Shown piece after piece: positions 24,219 to 36,424 of a stretch of DNA of 64,000 bases. The stretch is from Octopus sinensis (taxonomy: Eukaryota), in the NCBI RefSeq assembly GCF_006345805.1, contig NC_043005.1, positions 51,584,001-51,648,000 of the forward strand. Reading direction: 5' to 3'. The position numbers and the translations under genes were made by a program. The notes below the pieces were generated by a model, which saw only the letters and a program-made list of their open reading frames with translations, made no database searches and had not been told where the DNA came from. How positions within the stretch are numbered: position 1 is the first letter of the stretch; each line of letters opens with the position of its first letter.

Positions 24219-24885
24219 TTTCAACAATTGAGGGTAAAATTAATTAATTATTAATCAATTTCACCAAGTATTCAGTATGCAAAGGGAGAGCAGAAATTCT
24301 TCGCTTGCATATTTGAGTTTGCTGGCACTGTTAGTTTCGAGCAGATCTTCAGAAGCGATAAGAAGCCGAAAGGGTATGCTCCCACTTTCAGTGTTTTCAA
24401 ATCCAAACCAAGGAGTTCTGAGCTGATGATAGAAATGTCGAGTTGACCAATCTTGAAACGTACGTTCTCAAATAACCTTTGCATTTGATTTTTTAATGTC
24501 TTTACCCCCATACTTTCGTGAGTTGAATTGAGCAAACACTATATGAGAGAGGTTTTCTTTAAGTATTAGAAATAGTTTTAAAAAAGTTTTTTTAGCTACT
24601 ATTTCTAATGAGTTCAGTATGCGGCAAAGTAATTTATTTTACTAAGCCCTTTTATATAATATATATATATATTTCAACAATTGAGGGTAAAATTAATTAA
24701 TTATTAATCAATTTCACCAAGTATTCAGTATGTAAAGGGACCATTTAAGGCGAATTCAAAATATTACATTATATAAAAGAGCTTAGTAAAATAAATTACT
24801 TTGCCACATACTGAACTCATTAGAAATAATGAGTTCAGTATGTGGCAAAGTAATTTATTTTACTAAGCCCTTTTATATAATGTAA
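24219..24885. mobile_element. AT-rich TA-flanked element with direct and inverted partial duplications
   Basis: TTTCAACAATTGAGGGTAAAATT...TTCAGTATG is repeated at 24219 and 24672. Inverted copies lie at ~24602-24660 and 24827-24885; the 59-bp hairpin 24764-24885 has a GAAA loop. Confidence 0.75.
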
Positions 24886-25104
24886 AATTATATATATATA
24901 TATATATACTCTTTTACACGTTTCAGTCATTTGACTGCGGCCATGCTGGAACAACGTCTTTAGTCGAAGAAATCGACCCCAGGACTAATTCTTTGTAAGC
25001 CTAGTACTTATTGTTTTGGTCACCTTTGCCGAACCGCTAAGTTTTGAGGACATAAACACACCAACATCGGTTGTCAAGCGATGGTAGGAGGACAGACACA
25101 GACA

Positions 25105-25140
<36 letters not shown>

Positions 25141-25161
25141 ACACACACACACACACACACG

Positions 25162-25202
<41 letters not shown>

Positions 25203-25569
25203 GATGGGCTTCTTTCAGTTTCCGTCTTCCAAATCCACTCGCAAGACTTTGGTTGGCCCGAGGCTATAGTAGAAGACATTTACCCAAGGTAACACGCAGT
25301 GGGATTGAACCCAGAACCACGAGGTTGGGAAGCAAACTACTTACCACCCAGCCACGCCCAATCTTTTATCTTGCTTTAGTCTACACCCATGCTGGGGCAC
25401 CACCATGAAGGGTTTTAGTCGAACAAATCGACCCTAGGTCTTATCTTTTTAAAGTCTACTTTAAAAGTCTTTTATCTATCGGTGTCTATTGCTGAACTGC
25501 TATGTTACAGAGATGTAAACATAGCGCCGGTTTTCAAGCGGTGGTGGGAGACAAACACAAAGACACTTA

Positions 25570-25620
<51 letters not shown>

Positions 25621-25628
25621 TATACATA

Positions 25629-26008
25629 CTAGCAGTATCGCCCGGCGTTGCTCAGGTTTGTAAGGGAAATAACTATAAAGCATTTTTAGAGAGTTATAGC
25701 AAAAAAATGGAAAGAAAATGATGGTAATTTTTTTTTTGAGAGTTAAAAAAGGTCGAGTTGCGTCCCCTAGACAGTCTGTGGTTTGTGTTTATGATTCTCG
25801 ACCCCATGTCGAATTTATCGATTTTTTTCAGAACTGGGGGAACTTTTCAAAATTTTCGCTGCGTTAGTTTTGAATTATGACATTGGGCTATGTGTGTGTC
25901 AAGTTTCATCAGAATCGGTTGAAAGCCGTGGTCAGGGTGAGGGTACAACCAAACAGACACACAGAAACACACACAGACAAACTGCCGTTTATATATATAG
26001 AGAGAAGA
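25629..26008 (-). mobile_element. Non-autonomous Helitron
   Basis: The minus strand reads A|TCTTCTCTCTATATATA...GC hairpin...CTAG|T: 5' TC, 3' CTAG, insertion between A and T. Confidence 0.8.
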
Positions 26009-26040
26009 TATATGTATATATATATATGTGTGTGTATGTA

Positions 26041-27314
26041 CGAGGGGCGTTCAATAAGTAATGCCCCTGACCCACTTCCCATAGCAGTAGAGCAACGAAA
26101 CTTGGCACAGTTATTAGTCTTTTTCTACATAGGAACCACCCAGAGTTACGCATTTCTCCCATTGTTTGATGTAGCTCTGGAGACCGTTTTTGTAGAAGAC
26201 CCCAGCTTGGTCCTCCAACCTGAACGTGACTTCAGAAATCAAGGCTGCATTATCTGGGAAACGCTTTCCTTTCAAAAACAACTTCATGACTGGGAAGAGG
26301 TGTAAATCAGAGGGTGCAAGGTCAGGAAAGTAGGAGGATGGGGGAAGGAGTTCATAGCCATACGCCTGTGCTTCTGATCTGGCGACAAGCGAGTTGTGGA
26401 CCGGAGCGTTGTCCTGCAGGAGGAGGATGCCTTTGCTGATCTTGCCCCGCCTCTTGATTTTGATAACTTCTCTTAATTTCCTCAAAAGTGAAGCATAATA
26501 GGCTCCTACAATTGTGGTACCCTTTGCCAGGAAATCTGTCATCACTACTCCGTCCTGGTCCCAGAAGACTGTGAGCATGACCTTGCCAGAGGAGGGCTGC
26601 ACCCTTGCCTTCTTTGGAGGGGGTGAGTCACGGTGCTTCCACTGCATTGACTGGGCTTTGGTCTCTGGATCATAGTGATGGGCCCAGGCTTCATCCTGTG
26701 TAATCAGTCTTTTGAAAAATTTTGACTCATCTTCTTGGCACATCTCCAAATTCACCCTCGAGCACTCGACGCGTTCTTGCTTCTGGAAAGGCGTGAGCAA
26801 CCTGGGAATCCATCTGGCAGACACCTTTTGCATATGCAAATGGTCATGAATGATAGTTTCCACAGACCCGGTACTAATCTTGACCTCATGGGCTATTTGG
26901 CGAATAATTATGCGTCGATCTTCCAAAATGGCAGCCTCAACTTGACGGACAGATGCCTCATCAATGGCAGAAGGGGCGACCAGATCTGGGAGCTGTTTCC
27001 ACGGATTTCCGACCATGTTTGAATTCACGATGCCAGCGTTTTACAAGGTCATATGATGGGGCATCATCACCATAAGTTACTTTCATTTCATCAAAAGTCT
27101 CCCGTGGTGTGCGTCCTCTCAAATACAAAAACCGGATCACTGCTCGACACTCAACAGGCTCCATTTCACACTTGACTCGGTTCAAACACCTGTAAATCAG
27201 AAACCACAATTAATTCAGAGCTGTAATTTGCCACTTACTCTATAGAGATATAAATGATTGCACATGCAAACAACTGCAAGTGGGTCAGAGGCATTACTTA
27301 TTGAACGTCCCTCG
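26041..27314 (-). mobile_element. Full-length mariner transposon (1274 bp)
   Basis: TIRs CGAGGGGCGTTCAATAAGTAATGCCCCTGACCCACT and the reverse complement ending at 27314 (2 mismatches). TA TSDs at 26039-40 and 27315-16. Confidence 0.96.
26114..27164 (-). pseudogene. Mariner DD34D transposase with one frameshift
   Basis: ATG at 27164 (MEPVECRAVIRFLYL...RSGRP), frameshift in the G run at 26973-26976, then PSAIDE...WIPRLL...ITQDEAW...QDNAPVH-(34 aa)-DLAPSD...YVEKD-stop. Resembles irritans-subfamily (Himar1-like) transposases. Confidence 0.93.
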
Positions 27315-27318
27315 TATA

Positions 27319-27529
27319 TAAAGTTAATCCAAATATGAAAACACCAAGAGAAAACACAACAACGCGAGGACGTGGAACAAATATAGTATTATTGGACGCT
27401 CAGGAAGGAAGGGAAGAAGGAGGGTTTAACGTTTCGAGCGGAGCTCTTCGTCGGAAACATAGGAGAAGGAAAGATCCAGGGAAGGGAAGACGGAGGAAAA
27501 AAATCGCCAACGGTACACACGCGGTCTCA
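27319..27529 (-). mobile_element. Short TA-flanked element with a minimal hammerhead-like motif (Penelope-like terminal repeat)
   Basis: Reverse-complement homolog of 36425-36611. Minus strand 27458-27424 reads GTTT CCGACGA A GAGC TCC GCTC GAAA C GTT AAAC. Confidence 0.7.
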
Positions 27530-28728
27530 TTTTGGACAGGCTTCTTTCAGTTTGACTTTCAGTTCCCACCTACCAAATCTACTCACAAGACTTTGATCGG
27601 TCTGAGGCTACAGAAGAAAACACTTGCCCAAGGAGCCACGCTGTGGGACAAAACCCGGAATCATGTGTTTAAGAAGCAATCTTCTTATCACGCAGCCACA
27701 TTTGCGTCTGTATATATATATGGATATATGGATATATATGGATAAAATCACGTTAATGATTTTTATCAGATAGTCAGCATGCTATAAATTAATAAATTAA
27801 GTAAAATAATTTAATCATTTTTACTCCTGATCAGAATAGCACTTCATGCAGGGCTTACTTTGATAATATACACGTTGTTGTCGTGAAAAATATTTAAATT
27901 TGACTTATTTTTTATCTATACGTGCAAATATTTGCATGTTGATGTGCGAATCTGCTTTCTACGGTATGTATAATTGTATTTATATTTCTTGTGTATTGTG
28001 TTGACGAAGAAAAAAAGCCTGTTTTAATGGCTTTAATCCAGAAGTTGGACCCAGTTCACAATTAACATGAAATCTTTTAAATATTTTGTCACAAGCCCGA
28101 TTTCAACCATGTGTATATTTAATCTGGAGTTTTTGGTAGTATTTGAGTGCCAAGACCAGAACGCTTATCCTGTCTCTCTCATAAGCTGTCTCCTTGAGCG
28201 TTCAGAATAAATTTTCCATCGTCTTGACTTATTACCCTCATCGTTTGTTTTTACTGCGTTATTCTCTTTGTTCTATCTTTTACTGTTTTTACTTTTATTG
28301 TTTTTACTGTCTTGTTTTGTTATTACTGTCCTGTTCTTGTTATCGCTTTTACCCATCTGCAAAAAATCCCAAATTCTATTTAATTTGCTTTGCGGGAAGG
28401 ACTGTTTCAATGAAGTCACGTCTTGTCCGTACATTCGGAACGCGGAGTAGACGAAACGGACAACTGAAGAAGAGGTATATTCCTTGTGTTGTATGTCTTG
28501 TACTCTGTTTTTTCGTTGTTTGAAAAAAAGTACGTTTCCATGTTTTTGTTTTTATGTTTTCGTTTCTCATTGTGTTCAACGTTTTTTCGATGTCCTGTAC
28601 CCATATATGCATGTATATATACATATAGATGTAGGTATGTACATATGCATACATTTATATATTATTTATATTATTATATGAATATATATATATATATGTA
28701 TGTAAATATATATATGTATATGTATATA

Positions 28729-28934
<206 letters not shown>

Positions 28935-28973
28935 ATATATAATATATATATATATATATTATATATATATATC

Positions 28974-29005
<32 letters not shown>

Positions 29006-29010
29006 TATAT

Positions 29011-29092
29011 TCTCCTGAAGAGAAAGACACAATATGGTCCCATTATTCAATCGGATTTTGGTAATTTGTGCCTTTCGAAACACGTGTAGAAT
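29011..29092 (+). ncRNA. Type I hammerhead ribozyme-like motif in a ~150-bp TA-flanked element
   Basis: CTGAAGA (29015-21), stem II GAAAGACAC/GTGCCTTTC, GAAA (29077-80), palindromic ACACGTGT stem III, GTA triplet. AATAAA follows. Stem I is imperfect. Confidence 0.6.
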
Positions 29093-29185
29093 GAAATAAA
29101 ACGATTTCTGTTCAATCTGCGTTCAGCTCCATTTCTTCAATTCACCAATAACGTTATATACATATGTATGTATATGTAAATACAT

Positions 29186-29232
<47 letters not shown>

Positions 29233-29269
29233 AATATATATATATACACATATGTATGTATATGTAAAT

Positions 29270-29332
<63 letters not shown>

Positions 29333-29399
29333 TTACATATATCCCACCTCCTTTCAAGTCAAACTTGAAAATATAGATAAAAGTTTTGTCATAGAGGAA

Positions 29400-31080
29400 A
29401 GTATCATATCATCTCCAGTTCTTTTAGTGACTTTCACCTCTCAACCACCGCCATAACCACAAGGTAGGGGAAAACTGCAAGCGGTTCGCCACCAGAAGAA
29501 GACGGTGGGCCGATTTTCACGATGGATTCGACCGATAATCCTATCTGCCCTGCACGCTTGAACATCCATTCGACAAAACTTCAAAGATCTGCAATGGTCG
29601 GACTCTGAAAACGGGAAAAACAGTTTCGTTGTTTGCATGCATCTTAGACAGTCTCCACTGCCGTCACTTTTTTTACCTGTAGAGTTTGTTTCGAACCAGA
29701 AATGTTTCCGGTTAGTAATGCCAAGTTGGAGATTTCTGAAAATTATCCTCGCTTCCTTGGCCGAAAGTTTTCTGGAACAGATCAGTTTGTTGACTTTCGT
29801 TAACACCTAAAGATTCTTCGAGAACGTTTTCGTTCTTCCACCAACTTCGTCCAACTGGTTGAGAACAGTGAGCGCCTGACACCATTCTAGATACCAGTGT
29901 CCAGTCTTGGTCTTTGCTTGGGTTAGGACTGCAAATTCATAAAGGAAACAGTTCACCGAATGACGTGTCTGACAAAGGGCGACCACACTTGCTCATCGTC
30001 TAGGGATCTTGGTACATGCTGCAACCACAGCGTAGCACGCCGGGCGAAATGCGTAGCCGTATTTCGTCTGCCGTTACGTTCTGAGTTCAAATTCCGCCGA
30101 GGTCGACTTTGCCTTTCATCCTTTCGGGGTCGATAAATTAAGTACCAGTTACGCACTGGGGTCGATATAATCGACTTAATCCGTTTGTCTGTCCTTGTTC
30201 GTCCCCTCTGTGTTTAGCCCCTTGTGGGTAGTAAATAAATAGGTATATTGAGGATGTTGACAGCAGATGGATCATCTAAGCAATGAAACGCGTCTTGCCA
30301 CAAGAAGTGTAAAATCAGATATTCAACATTGGTCAGATGAAACTATAACAAAACATAACTGCCTCTGTCCGACTTTGGGGAAATAGTTTTTTCTCAGCCC
30401 ATTTCTAGATGACACCGGCCTCTCTGCTCGTAATCTCGTCTTAGTTTATATTCTCCTGAATATACTATTCTGTATGTCCGTCTCCCCACAATGCTGTTCA
30501 GGTGCTCATCTTTAAGTCCAGCGATTTGTTTGATTTAATTTTTGCTCCCTTCTTTGTCCCATATTCCTTTAAAATGGTGCTAGATACACTTGATGAAGCG
30601 AGTGAGTGACTTGAAACGCTTCGTGTTAGCGATCATTTCCTTTGTGGACGCACATGGCCTAGTGCTTAGAGCAGCGGACTCGCGGTCAAGGGATCGCGGG
30701 TTCGAATCTCAGACTAGGCGATGTGTGTGTTTATGAGCGTAACACCTAAGCTCCACGGGGCTCCGGCAGAAGCTAATGGCGAACTTCTGCTGATTCTTCG
30801 CCACAACTTTCTCTCACTCTTTCCTCCTGCATCTTGCAGCTCACCTGCGACGGACCGGCGTCCCGTCCAGGTGGGGAGACTATACGCCAAGGAAACCAGG
30901 AAACCGGCCATTATGAGCCAGGCATGGCTCGAGAAGGAACAAACAAGGATAATTTCCTTTGACCATCGAGCAGACTCCAAGCAACGCAACCTCTGAAAAC
31001 AGGACCAACACCATCTGCCTTGGTTAACTCTGTCAAAAGCTTTCTATTAATACAAATTTATTGGAGCCATAGGAAGCCAA
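29400..31080 (-). mobile_element. Decayed L1/Tx1-like LINE ORF2 interrupted by two SINEs
   Basis: Minus strand has KAFDRVN (RT motif, 31023-31043) and the C-terminal CLRCMQTNET. SINE A at ~30035-30245; SINE C2 at 30644-30947 with a 13-bp TSD GAT(C/A)ATTTCCTTT. Confidence 0.65.
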
Positions 31081-32679
31081 TGTTTATTTTCCCCCTCTCT
31101 CTATGATGTATCCTATGAGGTAGAAATTGTTGATAGTTCTATGGATTACGCAGGTCTGCTCTTTTCCGAGCAGGCGGCGAGCTGGCAGAAACGTTAGCAC
31201 GCCGGGCGAAATGCCTAGCGGTATTTTGTCTGCCGTTACGTTGTGAGTTCAAATTCCGCCGAGTCCGACTTTGCCTTTCATCCTTTCGGGGTCGATAAAT
31301 TAAGTACCAGTTACGCACTGGGGTCGATGTAATCGACTTAATCCGTTTGTCTGTCCTTGTTTGTCCTCTCTGTGTTTAGCCCCTTGTGGGTAGTAAAGAA
31401 ATAGGTCTGCTCTTTTCCGAACAAACTACCGACGGCAAGCACTAACTTTTTTGCTAACACTTTGGCCTAAATCTTAAACTCTGCACCCAGCAGAGTTATT
31501 GGTGTTAGTGTTGGTGGCTGTGGCGATTATGGTCACAATGGGAGTGGTAGCTGGCTGTTATCACTGTTCCGATCCATCTTCTTTTTCCAGATCTTGGTGT
31601 TGTTGCTTTCCTTTCTTTTATTTTTATTGCTATTGTTGTTACTTTTGCTGTTGTCATTTTGTTACTGCTTCCTTTCACGAGGCTGGTAGTAGTAGTCTTC
31701 ATGAATGAATTAGTGACTATGAGAGGAGGAAAATCTCGTAGTGAATGGGAAGTTTTGAGTGTCAAAATCCACCTCACTGCTGAAACCAACCCCTTCTTTC
31801 CTTTCATGTTTCATGATCGGCGATATCACCGCTATGTTAAACTCGAAATTAGTTTCTGTCAATAAGATTTAAGAAATATAACTCTCAGGGGCTGGAAGCA
31901 AAAGAAACTGATTATCCTTTAAGGCCGTGATCGATTCTGCATCAAAATGGGACACGCACACGTACAAAAAAAAAAAAAGAAAGAAAAGAAAGAATAATAA
32001 TAAAAAACAAAACGAAGTCAGATTGTAAATATTACAACAGCAAGCAAGACAAAAAAGGCATCACAAAAACCACAAAATCACAAAAAGAGAAAAATAACGA
32101 GCATTTTAATGAAAATATTTCGAATAGTCTAACAAATAATTTTGAAGGTAGCTATATAGAGATGACGAAAACAACCATAAAAACAACATGAATAGCGACG
32201 ATATCAATAATGATTTCTAATTTAGGCACAAGGCCTGCATTTATGAAGGAAGAGATGTTATTCGATAACATCTATTCCCACACTTGACAAGTATTTCATT
32301 TTATTCATCCTTGTTGACTTCGGCACAATTTAAACTAAAAAAGTAGAGGTGTAAGAAAAACAGCATGGCATTTCCCTCGAAGTTCTAACAATCTTGCTCT
32401 GACAATCCATCGCTCTTAAGGCTCATAAGAAGGTGAACTGGTAGAGTCGTTTGAGCTTTGGATAGAATAGTTTGCGGTATTTCTGCCGGCTGACTGCATT
32501 CTGAGTTCAAATCCCGCCAGGGACAAATTTACTTCTCTTTCCTGCAGGGTCGATTGAAAAGATAAAATACCAGTGCATGGCAGAGGGCTGACGGAATTGT
32601 GAGAGCACATTGCAGTGTTTGTTCCGGTTCTTTACGTTCTGAGTTCAATTTCCATTTAGGAATTCAATCCTCACCGCTG

Positions 32680-32730
<51 letters not shown>

Positions 32731-33136
32731 ATGATATGACGGTTGTAATAGTCTGAGAATAATAATGGTGGTGGTGTTGTTGATGATGATTGTGGTGATG
32801 CTGATAGCTGTGTGGAGGATGGCTTTGAAGCTGGTGGTAGTAGCAGTGGTGATAATAGTAAAGGTGGGGAAGATGATGGTGAGGGCGGAGGTGATGGTAA
32901 TAGTAGTAGTAGTAGTAGTAGAGGTAATCACGATGGTGATGATATTGGTGTTACTGGTGTAGAAATGGTAAGCCTAACCCTAAGCGCAGCGGATGATGAT
33001 GATGATGATGATGATGATGCGGTGATAGTGTGTGCGACATTGACCACGTTGATTAATCTTCGGCCACTGTTTCCGACGGTGACGTTGCCGGTGGTTATGA
33101 TGATGGTAGTGGTGATGTTAGTGGTAGTGGCGATGA

Positions 33137-33170
<34 letters not shown>

Positions 33171-33214
33171 GGTAATGGAGATGATGATGATGATGACGAT
33201 GATGATGATGATGG

Positions 33215-33245
<31 letters not shown>

Positions 33246-33297
33246 GGTGATGAAGATGATGATGATGATGATGATGATGAGGAGGAGGAGGAGGAGG

Positions 33298-33372
<75 letters not shown>

Positions 33373-33430
33373 ATGATGATGATGGTGGTGGTGGTGGTGG
33401 TGGTGGTGGTGATGGCGATGATGTTGATGA
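32680..33430. repeat. (GCT/GAT/GGT)n trinucleotide microsatellite mosaic
   Basis: Directly visible; source of the poly-Met/Val/Asp ORFs. Confidence 0.95.
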
Positions 33431-33720
33431 TTGCGGTGGATGTGACGATGGTAAAGATGCTGCTGGAAGGGAAGACTGTCTCCGATGTGATCAGTTATTT
33501 CTCCAGTGACACACCTTTCAGCATTTAATTAATGTATTGCATTCTGTAACTGTTGACATTTTAAGCCACCAACCATACATGGCTTACGTACGTACGTACG
33601 TACACACACACATACATACATACACACACGCGCACCCATATTCATATGAAGGCATACACGAAGACACATTCATATAAGCCTTTATAGCAATATAGACACC
33701 ACTCACTCATATACACATTT

Positions 33721-33758
<38 letters not shown>

Positions 33759-33763
33759 TCACA

Positions 33764-33815
<52 letters not shown>

Positions 33816-33864
33816 ACACACGCACACACACACACTATCACACGTATATAATACGCTCACATGA

Positions 33865-34257
33865 GTGGAGGCGCAATGGCCCAGTGGTGGTTAGGGCAGC
33901 GGACTCGCAGTCGTAGGATCGCGGTTTCGATTCCCAGACCGGGCGTTGTAAGTGTTTATTGAGCGAAAATAACTAAAGTCCCACGAGGTTCCGGCACGGG
34001 GTGGTGGCGACCCCTGATGTACTCTTCCACCACAAACTTTCTCTCACTCTTTCTTCCTGTTTCTACTGTACCTGTATTTCAAAGGGGTCAGCCTTGTTAC
34101 ACTCTGTGTCATGCGGAATCTCCCCAAGAACTACGTTAAGGGTACACGTGTCTGTGGAGTGCTAAGCCACTTGCACGTTAATTTCACGAGCAGGCTGTTC
34201 CGTTGATTGGATCAACTGGAACCCTCGGCGTCGCAACCGACGGAGTGCCATGACATG
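33865..34257 (+). mobile_element. tRNA-Arg-headed SINE with perfect 12-bp TSD
   Basis: ACGCTCACATGA at 33853-33864 and 34258-34269. A box TGGCCCAGTGG, TCG anticodon-like loop, B box GGTTTCGATTCCC. Confidence 0.88.
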
Positions 34258-34553
34258 ACGCTCACATGAAATCATTTGTAGGTGGCGAGCTGGCAGAATC
34301 TTTAGCACGTCTCGCAAAATGTTTAGCGGCATTTCGTCCGTCTTTACGTTCTGAGTTTAAATTCTGCTGAGATTGACTTTGCCTTTCATCATTTCGGGGT
34401 CGATAAAATAAGTACCCGTTGAGCACTGGGGTCAACGTAATTGACCTTGTGCATATACAAGAAAGGATTATTTAATATTAATTGGCAGGGAGGAACTCAA
34501 ATTCAAAGACTGACCACTAGCATTATCCATATCAAATAACACCATGAATTCCA

Positions 34554-35433
34554 TTAGAGGTATTCCTTGGCTTGAGGGATGAAGCATTGGTGGAACCAAT
34601 TCAAAGTTAGACTTTTGGTAATCCAGACCTTAGGGTTGTGCATCAAGTGGACAAGAAGCAGTATTTTATTTTTATTTTTGAAGACCCTCGGTTTCGCGGA
34701 CTTGTAGAAAAGTCCTGATTTCATCATGAAGCCAGCAGCATTGTAACACATAATTAGTACTACTCTGTCCTTCTGTGCCTTAAGTCCTGGGGCTCTGGAT
34801 TCGTCCTTCATGATGTAAGTTCTAGAAGGCATCTTCTTCCAGAACAAGCTAGTCTCGTCCATACTGAAAACCCTTTCCGGCTTGTATCCCTTTTCTTCGA
34901 TAATCTGCCTGAAGATGTCGAGGTACGGTACTTCGATGCTGTCTCTCCAGGTAGGGAAGCACACTTTATTTTAAACCGTTTCTGGAAACGGTCAAACCTT
35001 TCCTTGCTGGTTCGAACATCTTCGGGCTTCGGTGATGTCAGTGGTCTTGGTTGCAGTTCTTCGGTGCTTTCTGCCCCGTCTCATCGGTTGCGCGGATGAT
35101 GTTACCGCTGAAGTTGTTTTTCTTTTTGCAGTCACTGATCCACAATGCCAAGGCAGATTCAATCCTGACGAAGTGCCTATTTCTCACTATCTTTTTGGCA
35201 CTTTCACAGAAACTTACTGCTATGATAGTCCTGCTCGCCACCTCGTTCTCCTTTATGTAGCGTATGGTGCTTTTGTTGACAACATAATAGCGACCTACTG
35301 CAGCATAACTGTTACCTTCCCGGAACATATCCAGCAGTTGTGCCTTCTCATGGAGCATCATAACCTTGTTCTGGCGCTTAGGTTCACTGCCAGAATCCTC
35401 AGAAGATGTAAGGAGTTTGGGCTTTAATAACAT
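34554..35433 (-). pseudogene. Tigger/pogo-family transposase remnant (CENP-B-type HTH plus start of DDE_1)
   Basis: PKRQNKVMMLHEKAQLLDMFREGNSYAAVGRYYVVNKSTIRYIK...IESALALWI (HTH), then after a frameshift GYKPERVFSMDETSLFWKKMPSRTYI...KAQKDRV...NAAG...WFHQCFIPQ. Truncated. Confidence 0.9.
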
Positions 35434-36104
35434 GCCGCGAAAAACATAGCACTCAACAATATACTAGAGATAGCTACTGGACGCAGTCTCCCCACCAAAA
35501 AACAAAAAAAAACAAAAACAAAAACAAAAAACAAACAAAAAACCTATCTTTGCGTTCTAATATGCGCATACCACCAATGAGGGATTGAGCAGAGATTAAA
35601 AATAATCATGGCTTTGAAAAATTTAGTTTGTATTACCACTAGATATAGCAATCTATATTATAATAATGTGTGGGTGGGGAGAACAGTAAGTAGCCTAATT
35701 TCAATGAGGCTATATTGCCTCACAAACTTAAATTATCCTGTTGAAATAAACAATGCGCATGATCAAATGTAGCGATGATTTAAAAAAATGCGCTGGTATA
35801 AAATAAACGTTCAGTCTCGTATTGTATACATCTTTGATCTAGCATCGCTTCCCCAAGTTTTGTTCAGAGACAAATATAGCGAGAATGGGAGAGTGTGTAT
35901 GTGGGAAATATAGATAGATGTCACTTTACTAATTAGGTAAGTTTGACTGAAAGCAGGAATAAGAGATACAAGATATAGTGTACTTGTATTTAAAGAAAAA
36001 TTAAAGCCACGTGATGCGCGGCTATTCTAATATTTACGATTCCGCTAATATACGGTGGTTTCCGCTAACAATTATTAGTTCCGCGAATAAGTGGGGGATA
36101 TATA

Positions 36105-36352
36105 TTGGGTTGGTGCATAATTATTGCGGCTTTTTTTCAACAAATTTTATTCTACAAAACAATAACAATATTTAACAAAAACATCTTTAAATGACGGTCT
36201 GACCGTCTGCCAAGCAAATGAGAAGCAGTAATTGAAGTAGATGGTGAATATGCTCCGGAATAATCATTTAAAGATGTTTTTGTTACATGTTATTGTTTTT
36301 TTGTTGAATAAAATTTGTTGAAAAAAACCCGCAATAATTCTGCACCAACCCA

Positions 36353-36353
<1 letters not shown>
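36105..36353. mobile_element. Mariner-type MITE with ~90-bp TIRs
   Basis: TTGGGTTGGTGCATAATTATTGCGG... and its reverse complement ending at 36353, TA TSDs. Termini resemble Hsmar1/MADE1-type ITRs (from memory). Confidence 0.85.
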
Positions 36354-36387
<34 letters not shown>

Positions 36388-36424
36388 ACACACACACACA
36401 CACACACATATATGTATATATATA

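Noticed and set aside
26735-27022. Plus-strand ORFs overlapping the mariner (also 25877-26305)
   Set aside because: Antisense shadows of the transposase or chimeric repeat sequence.
28420-28480. Hammerhead candidate around CTGAAGAAGAGG in a TA-flanked element
   Set aside because: No GAAA follows the putative stem II.
33865-33945. tRNA-Arg gene (also 30644, 39685, 47336)
   Set aside because: A/B boxes are present but there is no complete acceptor stem; the sequence continues into a SINE body bounded by TSDs.
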